This document shows, piece after piece, positions 10,922-19,911 of a stretch of DNA of 64,000 nt. Both the position numbers and the translations under genes were made by a program. Each line of letters starts with the position of its first letter. The stretch's first letter is position 1. The notes below the pieces were generated by a model. The model was not told where the DNA came from. It worked only from the letters and a program-made list of their open reading frames with translations, and did no database searches. This stretch comes from Thermoplasmata archaeon. Lineage in GTDB: Archaea; Thermoplasmatota; Thermoplasmata; RBG-16-68-12; JAFNFQ01. Location: NCBI GenBank assembly GCA_041489255.1, contig JBGPQV010000002.1, positions 1 through 64,000 on the forward strand, written 5' to 3'.

Positions 10922-12745
10922 CTAGCGCTGATGTGACGTTCCTTTACGTCCTTTTCTTCTCTTCACCAGCACAACAACTGCAATTATGAGGAGTGCGACG
11001 GCGACCGCCGAAATCCAGAACAATGGTTCTTCGACAAGAGGGCGCTGATACGGAACGAAGGTGATGTTCGCCACAGCAAAGCTAGCAAGCAACCACCCAT
11101 ATGGATCGAATGTCACGTTCGTGGTTTGGGCACCAGATGAAAACGAAATCGTCATGTCTGTCGAGGTCAGGTTGACATATTTCTCCAGCACCACCTTGCG
11201 CCCGTTGACGGTGGTAAAGCTCACGTCAATGGGCATGACGACATCTTCACTCCGACGAATCTTGATCTCCGTGAGGAAAGTGCCATCACGTTGTTGAAGA
11301 CATCTCGCGTTTGTGACCTCAACTCCCAAATGCCCGGTTCCGTAGAGCCACTCCTGGAAGAACCAACTTAAGTTCCGTCCCGAGACATCTTCAGAAGCCC
11401 TCTCGAAATCCGCAATCACTACTCCCACGGAAAAGGCATTTTGTGTCGCAAAGCGATTCATTACCTGGAAGAATGTGGCGTTTCCCAAGACGTAGCGCAG
11501 CATATGGAGAATCCATGGACCCTTATTGTATGGGCTGAACCCTCCGGCGACCGACGAACTCTCGACAGGCCTGTAATCTCTCTGATAATATGTCTTCTTC
11601 TGCAGCTCCAACCTGCTTCGATTCTGGTACTGATATTCACCGTAAAGATCCGCCGAGTAAGAAGCGAAGCCTTCGTGCAGCCAATGACTCCCATCCCCGA
11701 GGCCAACAACGGTGTGTCCCCACCAGTTATGGGATATTTCATGCGTGAGAGGACCATCGGCTGGATTAAAGTCATTGAAGACATTGGTCTGCATTACGAT
11801 GAACGATTGAAGGCAGGCGGCCCCGTAAGCGAATTCCGAGGGGATTTCAACCAATGCCAACTTAGGATAGGGATAGGAAGAAAACACTGATTCATAGAAA
11901 TCCAGCGTCCTATTCATTTCGTCAAGGTAGCTCCACTTCAGGTGATCGTGCTGGGGGAAGAGGTACACCTCGACGCTGATGCCATTGTGCATCACTGCCG
12001 TCTTGTTGAAGGCTCCTTCTGCGAAACTCAATTCCTTGGCAGGGTCTGAAGTGCGCCAATGAAATGTCAGATTGCCTGGAGATGGCGTGCGAGTCCCAAC
12101 CAATTCGCCATTGGAGACAACAACGCGCCCTATAGGCACGGTGATGTTGATATCCGCGGTGAATCTGTCGTATGATGCATTTTGGTCTCCTCTGTGGACT
12201 TTCGGATACCAGAATTCTCCTCGCTGGACCCAAGATCCTTCATTTCCGATGTGGTCGACATTCCCGTTCGTCACAGTGCCGCTGTACTTGACCACCAATC
12301 CCACCGTGCTCTGATTGATGAGATGCCCATCCGGGTGCACGAGCAGATGGTAATCCCCAGCGATGTCAAAGTCATAATCGTAGCTCAATGCCGTCCCGTT
12401 GAATAGTGAAACGTTCGATGGAGTCAGGCCCAGATCGAACGCCAGGTCCTGGGCGCAGTCTGTGATGTTGACCGTGATGATCGAAATGCCGTGCAGGTAA
12501 TTCAAGGCAGGTTGAACGGTGACATTGATGTCATAGTGCAGCAAGTCGAATGCGAACGGAGTTCGTAGTTCACCCCTGGTCGGGCCGCCAAAATCGGTGG
12601 CCTCGTTATGCGATTTCTGAGAATCAGAAGTACCTGAATCCTCGTTGTTGGTCTCTGCAAACGAGACGGAGGAGAGCATGAGCAGGATCAGTACCAAGCT
12701 TGCCGCCTTGAAGCCCCTCATCCATGCTTCTCCTTGGAGGTTCAA
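10922..12745 (-). CDS. Secreted, membrane-anchored M1 family aminopeptidase
   Basis: Signal peptide, HEISH-x18-E (WLHEGFASY), YNKGPWILHMLR, C-terminal TM and basic tail; ATG 12721 is an alternative start. Confidence 0.9.
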   Translation of the reverse strand: MNLQGEAWMRGFKAASLVLILLMLSSVSFAETNNEDSGTSDSQKSHNEATDFGGPTRGELRTPFAFDLLHYDINVTVQPALNYLHGISIITVNITDCAQDLAFDLGLTPSNVSLFNGTALSYDYDFDIAGDYHLLVHPDGHLINQSTVGLVVKYSGTVTNGNVDHIGNEGSWVQRGEFWYPKVHRGDQNASYDRFTADINITVPIGRVVVSNGELVGTRTPSPGNLTFHWRTSDPAKELSFAEGAFNKTAVMHNGISVEVYLFPQHDHLKWSYLDEMNRTLDFYESVFSSYPYPKLALVEIPSEFAYGAACLQSFIVMQTNVFNDFNPADGPLTHEISHNWWGHTVVGLGDGSHWLHEGFASYSADLYGEYQYQNRSRLELQKKTYYQRDYRPVESSSVAGGFSPYNKGPWILHMLRYVLGNATFFQVMNRFATQNAFSVGVVIADFERASEDVSGRNLSWFFQEWLYGTGHLGVEVTNARCLQQRDGTFLTEIKIRRSEDVVMPIDVSFTTVNGRKVVLEKYVNLTSTDMTISFSSGAQTTNVTFDPYGWLLASFAVANITFVPYQRPLVEEPLFWISAVAVALLIIAVVVLVKRRKGRKGTSHQR

Positions 12746-12802
12746 GACCCCTTGAGAACTTAACTCTTTTTCCCGCTAAGACCGGCTGAACGCGTTCCAC
12801 GC

Positions 12803-12952
12803 AGCATGGTCTAACTCACCGAGTGATCAAAAGAACGGGCCGCATGTGACGCACTTCCTCCGCTCGAGGGCTCTGGCGGTGAAAAGAGAGACGCGGTAGT
12901 CCGTGTCAGGCATGCGAGTTCTCCAGTGGACGGTGGCGCAGTGAGGGCAAGC
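12803..12952 (-). repeat. alaS promoter plus 5' fragment, copy 3 (most decayed)
   Basis: ATG at 12913 reads MPDTDYRVSLFTARALERRKCVTCGPFF-stop-SLGE, with TGA at the native Trp codon; not shown in this frame in the ORF track. Confidence 0.9.
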
Positions 12953-13032
12953 CGCAGCTGCATAGTGACTGAAATCAAACCGGCCCAGAGAAACTGTGGA
13001 TGCATGATGGGCTGCATCGACTACTCGCGTTT

Positions 13033-13827
13033 CTACCGAGCCGTTCCCACCTTTCGAGACGCTCTTCGTCCTATTATTACTATCCAGTCGGGGATCTCCA
13101 GACCGCCCGTCGTCAATTTCTGCTCATGAAAATCCCAGAAGCCCTCCCTGACACCCCAGCGCAACAACAGCGCTCGAGCAGCAGCCGCCCGGACAGTCAG
13201 TCCACTCTTCAGGGCGATGGTCTGAGGCTCCCTGAATCCCGCCTTCCTGAGTTGAGCTGCCGCCAACCTTGGCGGCGGCGAGAACCACTCCTTGGGCGGA
13301 AATCTGGTCCATCGCGTATCCGAGTCGGCGTCGATGACCAACTTCTGCCTCGGGTTCCTCGGTTTGGGCGAGAGGAACGAGTGGATCGTGACACCGCCGG
13401 GCTTCAAGACCCGGTAGCAGTCGGAGAAGAAGGCCTCGACCTCGTAGGAGCTGAGCTCGGGGAGGAATTCGCTCGATATCACCGCCTCGTATTGGCCATC
13501 CCGTTGGTCAGACAGCCACTTCAGACCATAGGCGATGATGACTCGGACGCTGCCTTCCAACCCATGGCGGGCAACGGCGGTCAGGAGTTTCTCGCGACTG
13601 TCCACATACGGACCTGCGTATCTGTCGACGCCGATCAGACCGCGGCCGCCGACGAGCCTCGCCAGGGGAACCGTCAGCTGTCCGCTCCCGCATCCGATCT
13701 CGACGAGGGGGCCATCGCCCGGCGGCACCAGGGCGGCGAACTGCTCGGCCAACATCTCGTACTGCAGGGACCAGGCTTCATCGAGCTTCTTCGGGTTTGA
13801 AACCGACGTCATGAGAGTATTCGGCAT
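13033..13827 (-). CDS. Class I SAM-dependent methyltransferase
   Basis: VEIGCGSG motif I, YRVLKPGG. Confidence 0.88.
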   Translation of the reverse strand: MPNTLMTSVSNPKKLDEAWSLQYEMLAEQFAALVPPGDGPLVEIGCGSGQLTVPLARLVGGRGLIGVDRYAGPYVDSREKLLTAVARHGLEGSVRVIIAYGLKWLSDQRDGQYEAVISSEFLPELSSYEVEAFFSDCYRVLKPGGVTIHSFLSPKPRNPRQKLVIDADSDTRWTRFPPKEWFSPPPRLAAAQLRKAGFREPQTIALKSGLTVRAAAARALLLRWGVREGFWDFHEQKLTTGGLEIPDWIVIIGRRASRKVGTAR

Positions 13828-14400
13828 ATGGCTGCGGGTTTATAGTTCAATCTGCCGTCCACAAGCACGGTCCACCGCAAGAAGCCTTTAGTAGGGACGA
13901 TGTGCATGACGTGGACATGAATCCGCGGGCGGGAGTAGGGCTGGAACGCCGTCGACAGGCACGGAAGCAGCGCCAACGAGCACGAAGGAAATATTCGCGA
14001 AAAGACAAACCGAAACATTGAGCGCACGGACGGCGACCGGAGAGCCGTGGACATGGAAGAGGGATGCCATCAACGAGAGGACTGTCTGAATGGGCGCCCT
14101 GAGAACGGGGAAGATGAAGCGGCGGAGTTGCGAGAGCAGGATGATGAATCAGCACAGACGGGCCCGAGCTTGCTAGACAGTTCATGATATGGCGTTCCTG
14201 ATCACGCGATTCTCTCCAAGGCTGGATGCCCGGTCGCAGAGCTACTTGTCCGGCAGCCAATTCCAATCCGGAAATCGAATAGAAATGCTTCAAATTACAT
14301 TATCATACGGAGCCAGCGGACACAATAAACTTAAATACGACCAGCGTATTGTGTAATTACTTCAAGTACTTCAAATACTTTGGATTAGAGCGGGATTTCG

Positions 14401-15219
14401 ATGCAACAAATGCCACTTATATCACCAGAGATGGAAATATCTAGATCGGCACTCTTAGTGCGTCAGAGGCCGCACGGGAAGCTCGAGGGTCTGAAGGCAC
14501 TCGTTACTGGGGCGTCAAGGGGAATCGGCAGGGAGATAGCGTTTGAGCTGGCCGCGGAAGGCGCGGACATCGCAATCAACTACACCCGCGCGGACGATGA
14601 GGCGGACCTCGTCGGGGTCGCGATCGAGGGCATGGGGAAGAACACATGGACCTACCCCGCCGACATCTCCGATTATTCTCAGGTCCAGGCGATGAAGGCG
14701 AGCCTGGACAAATACCTCGGACCTATTGACATCCTCGTCAACAACGCGGGCATCAACCTCGACAGGGTCTTCATGAAGATGGAACCCGAAGACTGGAACC
14801 GCGTGCTCTCTGTGAACCTCGCCGGGGTTTTCAACTGCACGAAGGTCTTCCTGGACGACCTCCTCAAGTCGAGGCAGGGCAGGATCATCAACATCACGAG
14901 CATCGTGGGCCAGATGGGGAACATCGGCCAGGTCAACTACGCCGCGAGCAAGGCGGGGATCATAGGGATGACGAAGGCGCTCGCGAAGGAGCTAGCGTCG
15001 AAGCGCGTCACAGTCAACGCCGTCGCGCCGGGGTTCATCGAGACCTCGATGCTGGCGGGAGTCCCCGAGAACATAAGGGCGAGAATCCTCGAGCAGATAC
15101 CGATGAGGCGGTTCGGGAATCCGGAGGAGGTGGCCAAGGCCGTCTCCTTCCTCGCTTCCGAGGACGCCTCGTACATCACCGGCCACGTTCTGAACGTGAA
15201 CGGGGGCCAATATCTATGA
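14401..15219 (+). CDS. phaB: Acetoacetyl-CoA reductase / FabG-type SDR (PhaB)
   Basis: TGASRGIG, NNAGI, NYAASKAG, NAVAPGFI; heads a PHA synthase cluster. Confidence 0.8.
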   Translation: MQQMPLISPEMEISRSALLVRQRPHGKLEGLKALVTGASRGIGREIAFELAAEGADIAINYTRADDEADLVGVAIEGMGKNTWTYPADISDYSQVQAMKASLDKYLGPIDILVNNAGINLDRVFMKMEPEDWNRVLSVNLAGVFNCTKVFLDDLLKSRQGRIINITSIVGQMGNIGQVNYAASKAGIIGMTKALAKELASKRVTVNAVAPGFIETSMLAGVPENIRARILEQIPMRRFGNPEEVAKAVSFLASEDASYITGHVLNVNGGQYL

Positions 15220-15264
15220 CGATCACTCACGAATCATCAGGATTTCGAGTGAAAGAGGCATAAC

Positions 15265-16209
15265 ATGACAACAAAGAAACAGACAATAAAAGGGAGCGTA
15301 GGTGGCAGAAAGGCCCCAGCTCAAGACAAAGAGAATGCGCAGAGACTGCCCGAGAACTACAGCCGGTTCTTCCAGGCCTGGTCGAACATGAGCCAGGACA
15401 TAGAAGAACAGGTGAGCCAGAACCTGAAGAAGCAGCATGACATGTACGACGACTTCTTCGGGCGATGGAACAAGCTATCGGCGGAGGTCGGCAGCCGCCT
15501 GAGCAAGGACAGAACGAACGAGGGCGTCAGGGAATTCTATGACGTCTGGAGGAACTACGCCAACAAGATGGGCCCAAGGCTGCAGAAGGCCATGACAGAG
15601 GGCATGCAGGGATACGGCAGCATCGCCAAGAACCTGGACAAGTACACCCAGAAGATGAGAGACGAGGCGCAGGGGATCCTCTCGAAGCCGGAGGAGCCGC
15701 GCAACCTCGATGATCTCTACGACGCCTGGCAGGGGTTCGGTACATCCGTCAGGACGCACATGGAGGCCGCGATGGGGCAGGAGTGGGCGGAGGCCGACGA
15801 GCTGACCAGGACGTGGCTCGACTTCAGCAACCGCATGCAGAAGCTTGTCTCAGATGCCGGTGAGGGCACAGACTACGCCAGTCTCGCGGGGCTCTGGCAG
15901 AAGTTCTCCAAGGAAATCGGAGGCTCTGTGGTGTCCGTCGTGAACGGGACGAGCGAGGACATGAACAAGCTCCAGAAGACCTGGAACGACTACTACTCCA
16001 AGGTCGAGCGTGAGATAGTGAATATCGCCGACAACGACGGCACGGGATACCAGCAGCTCTACATACGGTTCTTCGATCAGCAGAACGATGCGCTGAAGAG
16101 CCTCGGGCAGTGGTGGCAGACCGCGGCCGAAACGGCGAGGAAGCAGCTCGACGACATGCAGGGCAGGCTGCAGGATATTGAGAAGAGGCTCAGGGACACG
16201 AAACGCTAG
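15265..16209 (+). CDS. PhaE-like or granule-associated all-helical protein
   Basis: Repeated amphipathic Trp helices (FFQAW, FYDVW, LYDAW, LQKTW), C-terminal coiled coil, position between phaB and phaE. Confidence 0.55.
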   Translation: MTTKKQTIKGSVGGRKAPAQDKENAQRLPENYSRFFQAWSNMSQDIEEQVSQNLKKQHDMYDDFFGRWNKLSAEVGSRLSKDRTNEGVREFYDVWRNYANKMGPRLQKAMTEGMQGYGSIAKNLDKYTQKMRDEAQGILSKPEEPRNLDDLYDAWQGFGTSVRTHMEAAMGQEWAEADELTRTWLDFSNRMQKLVSDAGEGTDYASLAGLWQKFSKEIGGSVVSVVNGTSEDMNKLQKTWNDYYSKVEREIVNIADNDGTGYQQLYIRFFDQQNDALKSLGQWWQTAAETARKQLDDMQGRLQDIEKRLRDTKR

Positions 16210-16251
16210 AATCGCTGCGTCACCCTCGGAAACACAGACCGGAGTTGTGAT

Positions 16252-16800
16252 ATGGCAGCGAAGCGAACGGGTGCAACCCGAGCGAAGCCGCATGGGAAGC
16301 CGGAGGAGCCGCAGCCAGCCTCGCCCCTCCGGGAGATAATGGAGTCCCAGTTGGATCTCTGGAGGAGACTCAACACAAAGGAAGGGACGGACGTCGGCGA
16401 GGCCGCCAAGGAGATGGCCCCGTTAGTGGCGGAGCACTGGGCGAAGATCTTCGACGAGCTATCGCGGTCTGCCGCCATGATGCAGACGAGCGAGAACCCC
16501 CTGGCGATCCAGGAGGGCCTGCCCAAGAACCTGCTCGCCAACTACAATCAGATGTTGAAGAGGGTCTTCCTGACCGAGTCATTCGCTGCGCGGTCGGGCA
16601 GCTCGGTTCGAGGGTTGCTGGAGGGCGTGAAAGCATGGAACGAAGCTATGGACGGCACCCTGAAAGCAATGCGCATCCCCTCGAAGGCGGACATCGACGA
16701 GATTCATGAAGAGCTGTACAACCTGAGCAAGAGGGTCGACTACCTGGTCAAGTCTCTCGAGAATGGAGGCGCACGCGGAAGGCGGGAGAGGCGACGTTAG
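16252..16800 (+). CDS. phaE: Class III PHA synthase subunit PhaE
   Basis: C-terminal MRIPSKADIDEIHEELYNLSKRV matches the PhaE tail motif; immediately upstream of phaC. Confidence 0.8.
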   Translation: MAAKRTGATRAKPHGKPEEPQPASPLREIMESQLDLWRRLNTKEGTDVGEAAKEMAPLVAEHWAKIFDELSRSAAMMQTSENPLAIQEGLPKNLLANYNQMLKRVFLTESFAARSGSSVRGLLEGVKAWNEAMDGTLKAMRIPSKADIDEIHEELYNLSKRVDYLVKSLENGGARGRRERRR

Positions 16801-16812
16801 GAAGGTGAATCG

Positions 16813-17916
16813 ATGGCCACCAATGATTCGGCATTGTCGCGCTGGGAGAACAGCCTCGATATGCTCGTGGAAAAGCGGTACAGACAGGCGGCTGCAGGGA
16901 TGAAGCTCCTGGCCAATCCGCCAGCCGCGGATGTCGGGACTTCCGAGTGCGAGGTCGCCTACAAGAAGGACAAAATGAGGCTCCTGCACTACACCGGAGG
17001 GCCGCAAAAGAAGGCGCCCGTGCCCGTGCTTCTCGTTTACGCTCTGATTAACCGCCCCTACATCCTCGACCTCCAGCAGGACAGGAGCGTCGTGCAGACG
17101 CTGCTCGGGCGTGGACTCGACGTCTACATGATCGACTGGGGGAAGCCGACGGACGGGGACAGGTTCCTGGGGCTCGAAGACTATGTCGAAAGGTACATGG
17201 ACGATTGCTTCGACGTCATCATGGAGAGGTCCGGACAGAAGTCCATCTCGGTGCTCGGCTACTGCATCGGCGGTTACCTCGCCTCGGTCTACGCGTCACT
17301 CCACCCGGAGAAGGTGAGGAATATCGCGCTGATGGCCTCGCCGCTTGATTTCGGGATTGAAGAAGGCATGTTGCACCTCTGGACAAAAGCGGAGTATTTC
17401 AACCCGGAATTGGTTGTCGAGGCTTTCGGGAACGCACCGACCGAGTTCCTCAACAGTGGCTTCACGATGCTCGACCCAATCGGCAACACGGTCATCAAGT
17501 ACATGGGCCTCGCGGAAAACATTGAGGACAAAGAGTTCGTGGACATGTTCTTCCGCATGGAGAAGTGGCTCTCCGACGGGATACCCGTGGCGGGAGCGTT
17601 CTACATCGACCTGATCCGCGACGGCTACCAGAGGAACCTGTTCGTGAAGAACCAGCTGAGAGTCAACAGCCGCAAGGCGAGCGTGGACAAACTGACCATG
17701 CCCATGCTCGCGATCGTGGCGGAGAAGGACCACATCGTCCCGCCATCATCGACCCTCGGGCTGCTCAAAGTAGCGCCGTCAAAAGACAAGACGACCTTCT
17801 CATTCCCGACCGGCCACATAGGCCTCTCGGTTGGCAGCGGGTCACACAAGGACCTCTGGCCCAAGGTGGCCAAGTGGTTCCTCGATCATTCGAAGACGCC
17901 CAGCTCGAAAAGGTGA
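16813..17916 (+). CDS. phaC: Class III PHA synthase subunit PhaC
   Basis: VYALINRPYILDLQ, lipase-like box GYCIGG (catalytic Cys), FFRMEKW, AEKDHIVP, TGHIG. Confidence 0.93.
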   Translation: MATNDSALSRWENSLDMLVEKRYRQAAAGMKLLANPPAADVGTSECEVAYKKDKMRLLHYTGGPQKKAPVPVLLVYALINRPYILDLQQDRSVVQTLLGRGLDVYMIDWGKPTDGDRFLGLEDYVERYMDDCFDVIMERSGQKSISVLGYCIGGYLASVYASLHPEKVRNIALMASPLDFGIEEGMLHLWTKAEYFNPELVVEAFGNAPTEFLNSGFTMLDPIGNTVIKYMGLAENIEDKEFVDMFFRMEKWLSDGIPVAGAFYIDLIRDGYQRNLFVKNQLRVNSRKASVDKLTMPMLAIVAEKDHIVPPSSTLGLLKVAPSKDKTTFSFPTGHIGLSVGSGSHKDLWPKVAKWFLDHSKTPSSKR

Positions 17917-17920
17917 ACCG

Positions 17921-18736
17921 ATGGATGAGAGGTGGACGTCCATTCTCCTCGAAAGGACCGACGGCGTCGCCCGCCTGACGCTCAACAGGCCAGAGCGGCT
18001 CAACGTCCTCAGTTCAGCCATCCTCAACGAGATTAGCGAGGCGCTGTCCATCATCGCCGGGGACGAGGACACGAGGGCAGTCGTGCTCAGGAGCAGTTCC
18101 CAGAAGGCTTTCACCGCAGGAGCGGATATCACCGAGATGAGACAGCTGAAGCCGCAAACCGCGAGAGGCTTCTCCGCCTTGGGGCATCTCGTCGCTCGCA
18201 AGATCGAGACCGAGCTCCCGCCGACGATAGCTGCACTGAACGGGTACGTGATGGGCGGCGGCGTGGAGATAGCCTCGGCGTGCGACTTCCGCATCGCGTC
18301 CGAGGACGTCGTGCTGGCCCAGCCGGAGATCGACATAGGCATATTCCCCGGATGGGGCGGGAGCCAGCGGCTCGCCAGGATAGTCGGCCTTCCCAGGGCG
18401 AAGGACCTGATACTCACGGGGAGGAAGGTCATGGCCAGAGAGGCGCTCGAGCTGGGCCTCGTACACCAGATCGTCCCGAATGGACAGCTCGATTCAGCCG
18501 CGATGGAGCTCGCGAGAGTCCTCGCTTCGAAAAGCAGGGCCGCCTTGATGGCGGCGAAGAGGGCAATCAACATGACTCAGGAGATGCCTCTCCACAAGGG
18601 CCTAGAAGAGGAGATGCAGGAATGGGCGCTCATGTTCGACACGCCAGACCAGAAGGAGGGCATGAGCGCTTTCCTGGAGAAGCGGAAGCCACGCTACTCG
18701 CATGTCAACGGTGCGATCGAGGAGCCGCCCGCCTAG
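17921..18736 (+). CDS. Enoyl-CoA hydratase / crotonase
   Basis: LNRPERLN, FTAGADI, GGGVEIA, PEIDIGIFPGWGG; AGGTGA RBS before ATG 17921. Confidence 0.92.
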   Translation: MDERWTSILLERTDGVARLTLNRPERLNVLSSAILNEISEALSIIAGDEDTRAVVLRSSSQKAFTAGADITEMRQLKPQTARGFSALGHLVARKIETELPPTIAALNGYVMGGGVEIASACDFRIASEDVVLAQPEIDIGIFPGWGGSQRLARIVGLPRAKDLILTGRKVMAREALELGLVHQIVPNGQLDSAAMELARVLASKSRAALMAAKRAINMTQEMPLHKGLEEEMQEWALMFDTPDQKEGMSAFLEKRKPRYSHVNGAIEEPPA

Positions 18737-19015
18737 CCAGAGAGGATTGTCAAGCCTGATAGTCACCGATGACAGCGCATCATCGACTCTGGCGACGTCG
18801 GGAGAGTGCTGGAGTCAGGCGGCGTGTCAAGTGTCCGCGATGCTTCTCGCACTTCGTCCTGTGCAGGCTGAGGGGCGGGCCGGAAGCCCATGGAGAATGG
18901 ACCTGCGCTTCGACCACTCCGTGACGTATCAACGCGAATAACGCCCAGGAAGCCCACGGAACCGCAAATCTCGACGGGGAGCCGGGCAAAGACTTGTTTT
19001 CGTGCATTCGACGGT

Positions 19016-19561
19016 TCAATAGATGCCCTTGACGGCATCGAGGAACCTGTCGACCGCCAGGGCGGCGTCCTCCAGCGTCCTCGTCCCAGTGCACACGACC
19101 TTCCCGCTCTGGAAAACGAGGATGACCGCCTTGGGCTCCTTGAGCCTGTAGACCAGCCCGGGGAACTGCTCGGGCTCGTACTCGACGCCCTCCGACAGGA
19201 GCGCCGTCGCGATCATGCTCAGGTCAAAGGAAATCTTCAGGTCCGCCGTCGCCACTATGTTCTGGATCTCGACATCCAGCTTGTCCCTGACCTTCGCGCC
19301 AGCGGCCGCAGCAGTCTTGGCGACATTCTTCACCGCCTCCCTGGCCTGCTCCACGCTCTTCCCGCCAGTGCACACGACCTTGCCTGTGCTGAAGAGGAGG
19401 ATGGCCACCTTGGGCTTCCTCATCCTGTAGACCAGCCCGGGGAACTGCTCGGGCTTGTAGGTCACGTGATCGTCGTTCATGGAGAGGGCCAGCGCCTTGA
19501 GGTCCAGGGAATCCGCTATCCGCCCAGACGCGACTATGTTCTGTATCTCGATTGTCGCCAC
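19016..19561 (-). CDS. tbp: TATA-box-binding protein
   Basis: Two repeats of QNIVA...PEQFPGLVYR...GKVVCTG; GTG start at 19561 inferred. Confidence 0.96.
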   Translation of the reverse strand: MATIEIQNIVASGRIADSLDLKALALSMNDDHVTYKPEQFPGLVYRMRKPKVAILLFSTGKVVCTGGKSVEQAREAVKNVAKTAAAAGAKVRDKLDVEIQNIVATADLKISFDLSMIATALLSEGVEYEPEQFPGLVYRLKEPKAVILVFQSGKVVCTGTRTLEDAALAVDRFLDAVKGIY

Positions 19562-19911
19562 GGTATCGCCACGGCACAAGCCCTAGGGGAGCTTGAACCT
19601 TCGTGGCGGATACTCGGTCATAAAGGCATTTTCGAGTCTTTTTTACCCAATCTGAACGCCACCATCAAGTGAAATCATCGTCGATGTGCTCTATGTCGGA
19701 ATGAATGGGTTTTCGCATGTGTGATTGCTGAGCTGATTCCAGATTCCCGAATATTCATCAAGAGACGTCCAAGCGCATGATTATTGAGGAGGCAGCAATG
19801 GCGGGAATCCCGCCGATCGCCCTTCGGGCGGCAGCATCGTGGTCTTGTCATCCCCGCACCCTCGAATTGTTTTTATATCTATAGGGAGCATCACCTCCAG
19901 AGGTGGCAGGA

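Noticed and set aside
13847-14293. Hydrophobic minus-strand ORF pieces and a short basic plus-strand peptide; also checked for a fifth alaS copy
   Set aside because: No recognisable motif and no alaS similarity; may be a decayed membrane gene but this is unsupported.
18737-19015. Possible ncRNA or CxxC peptide between the crotonase and tbp
   Set aside because: No start codon for the CxxC frame and no SRP or RNase P signature recognised.
19697-19835. C/D-like segment and two GC hairpins upstream of 19912
   Set aside because: Box C is non-canonical and short hairpins are expected at this GC content.
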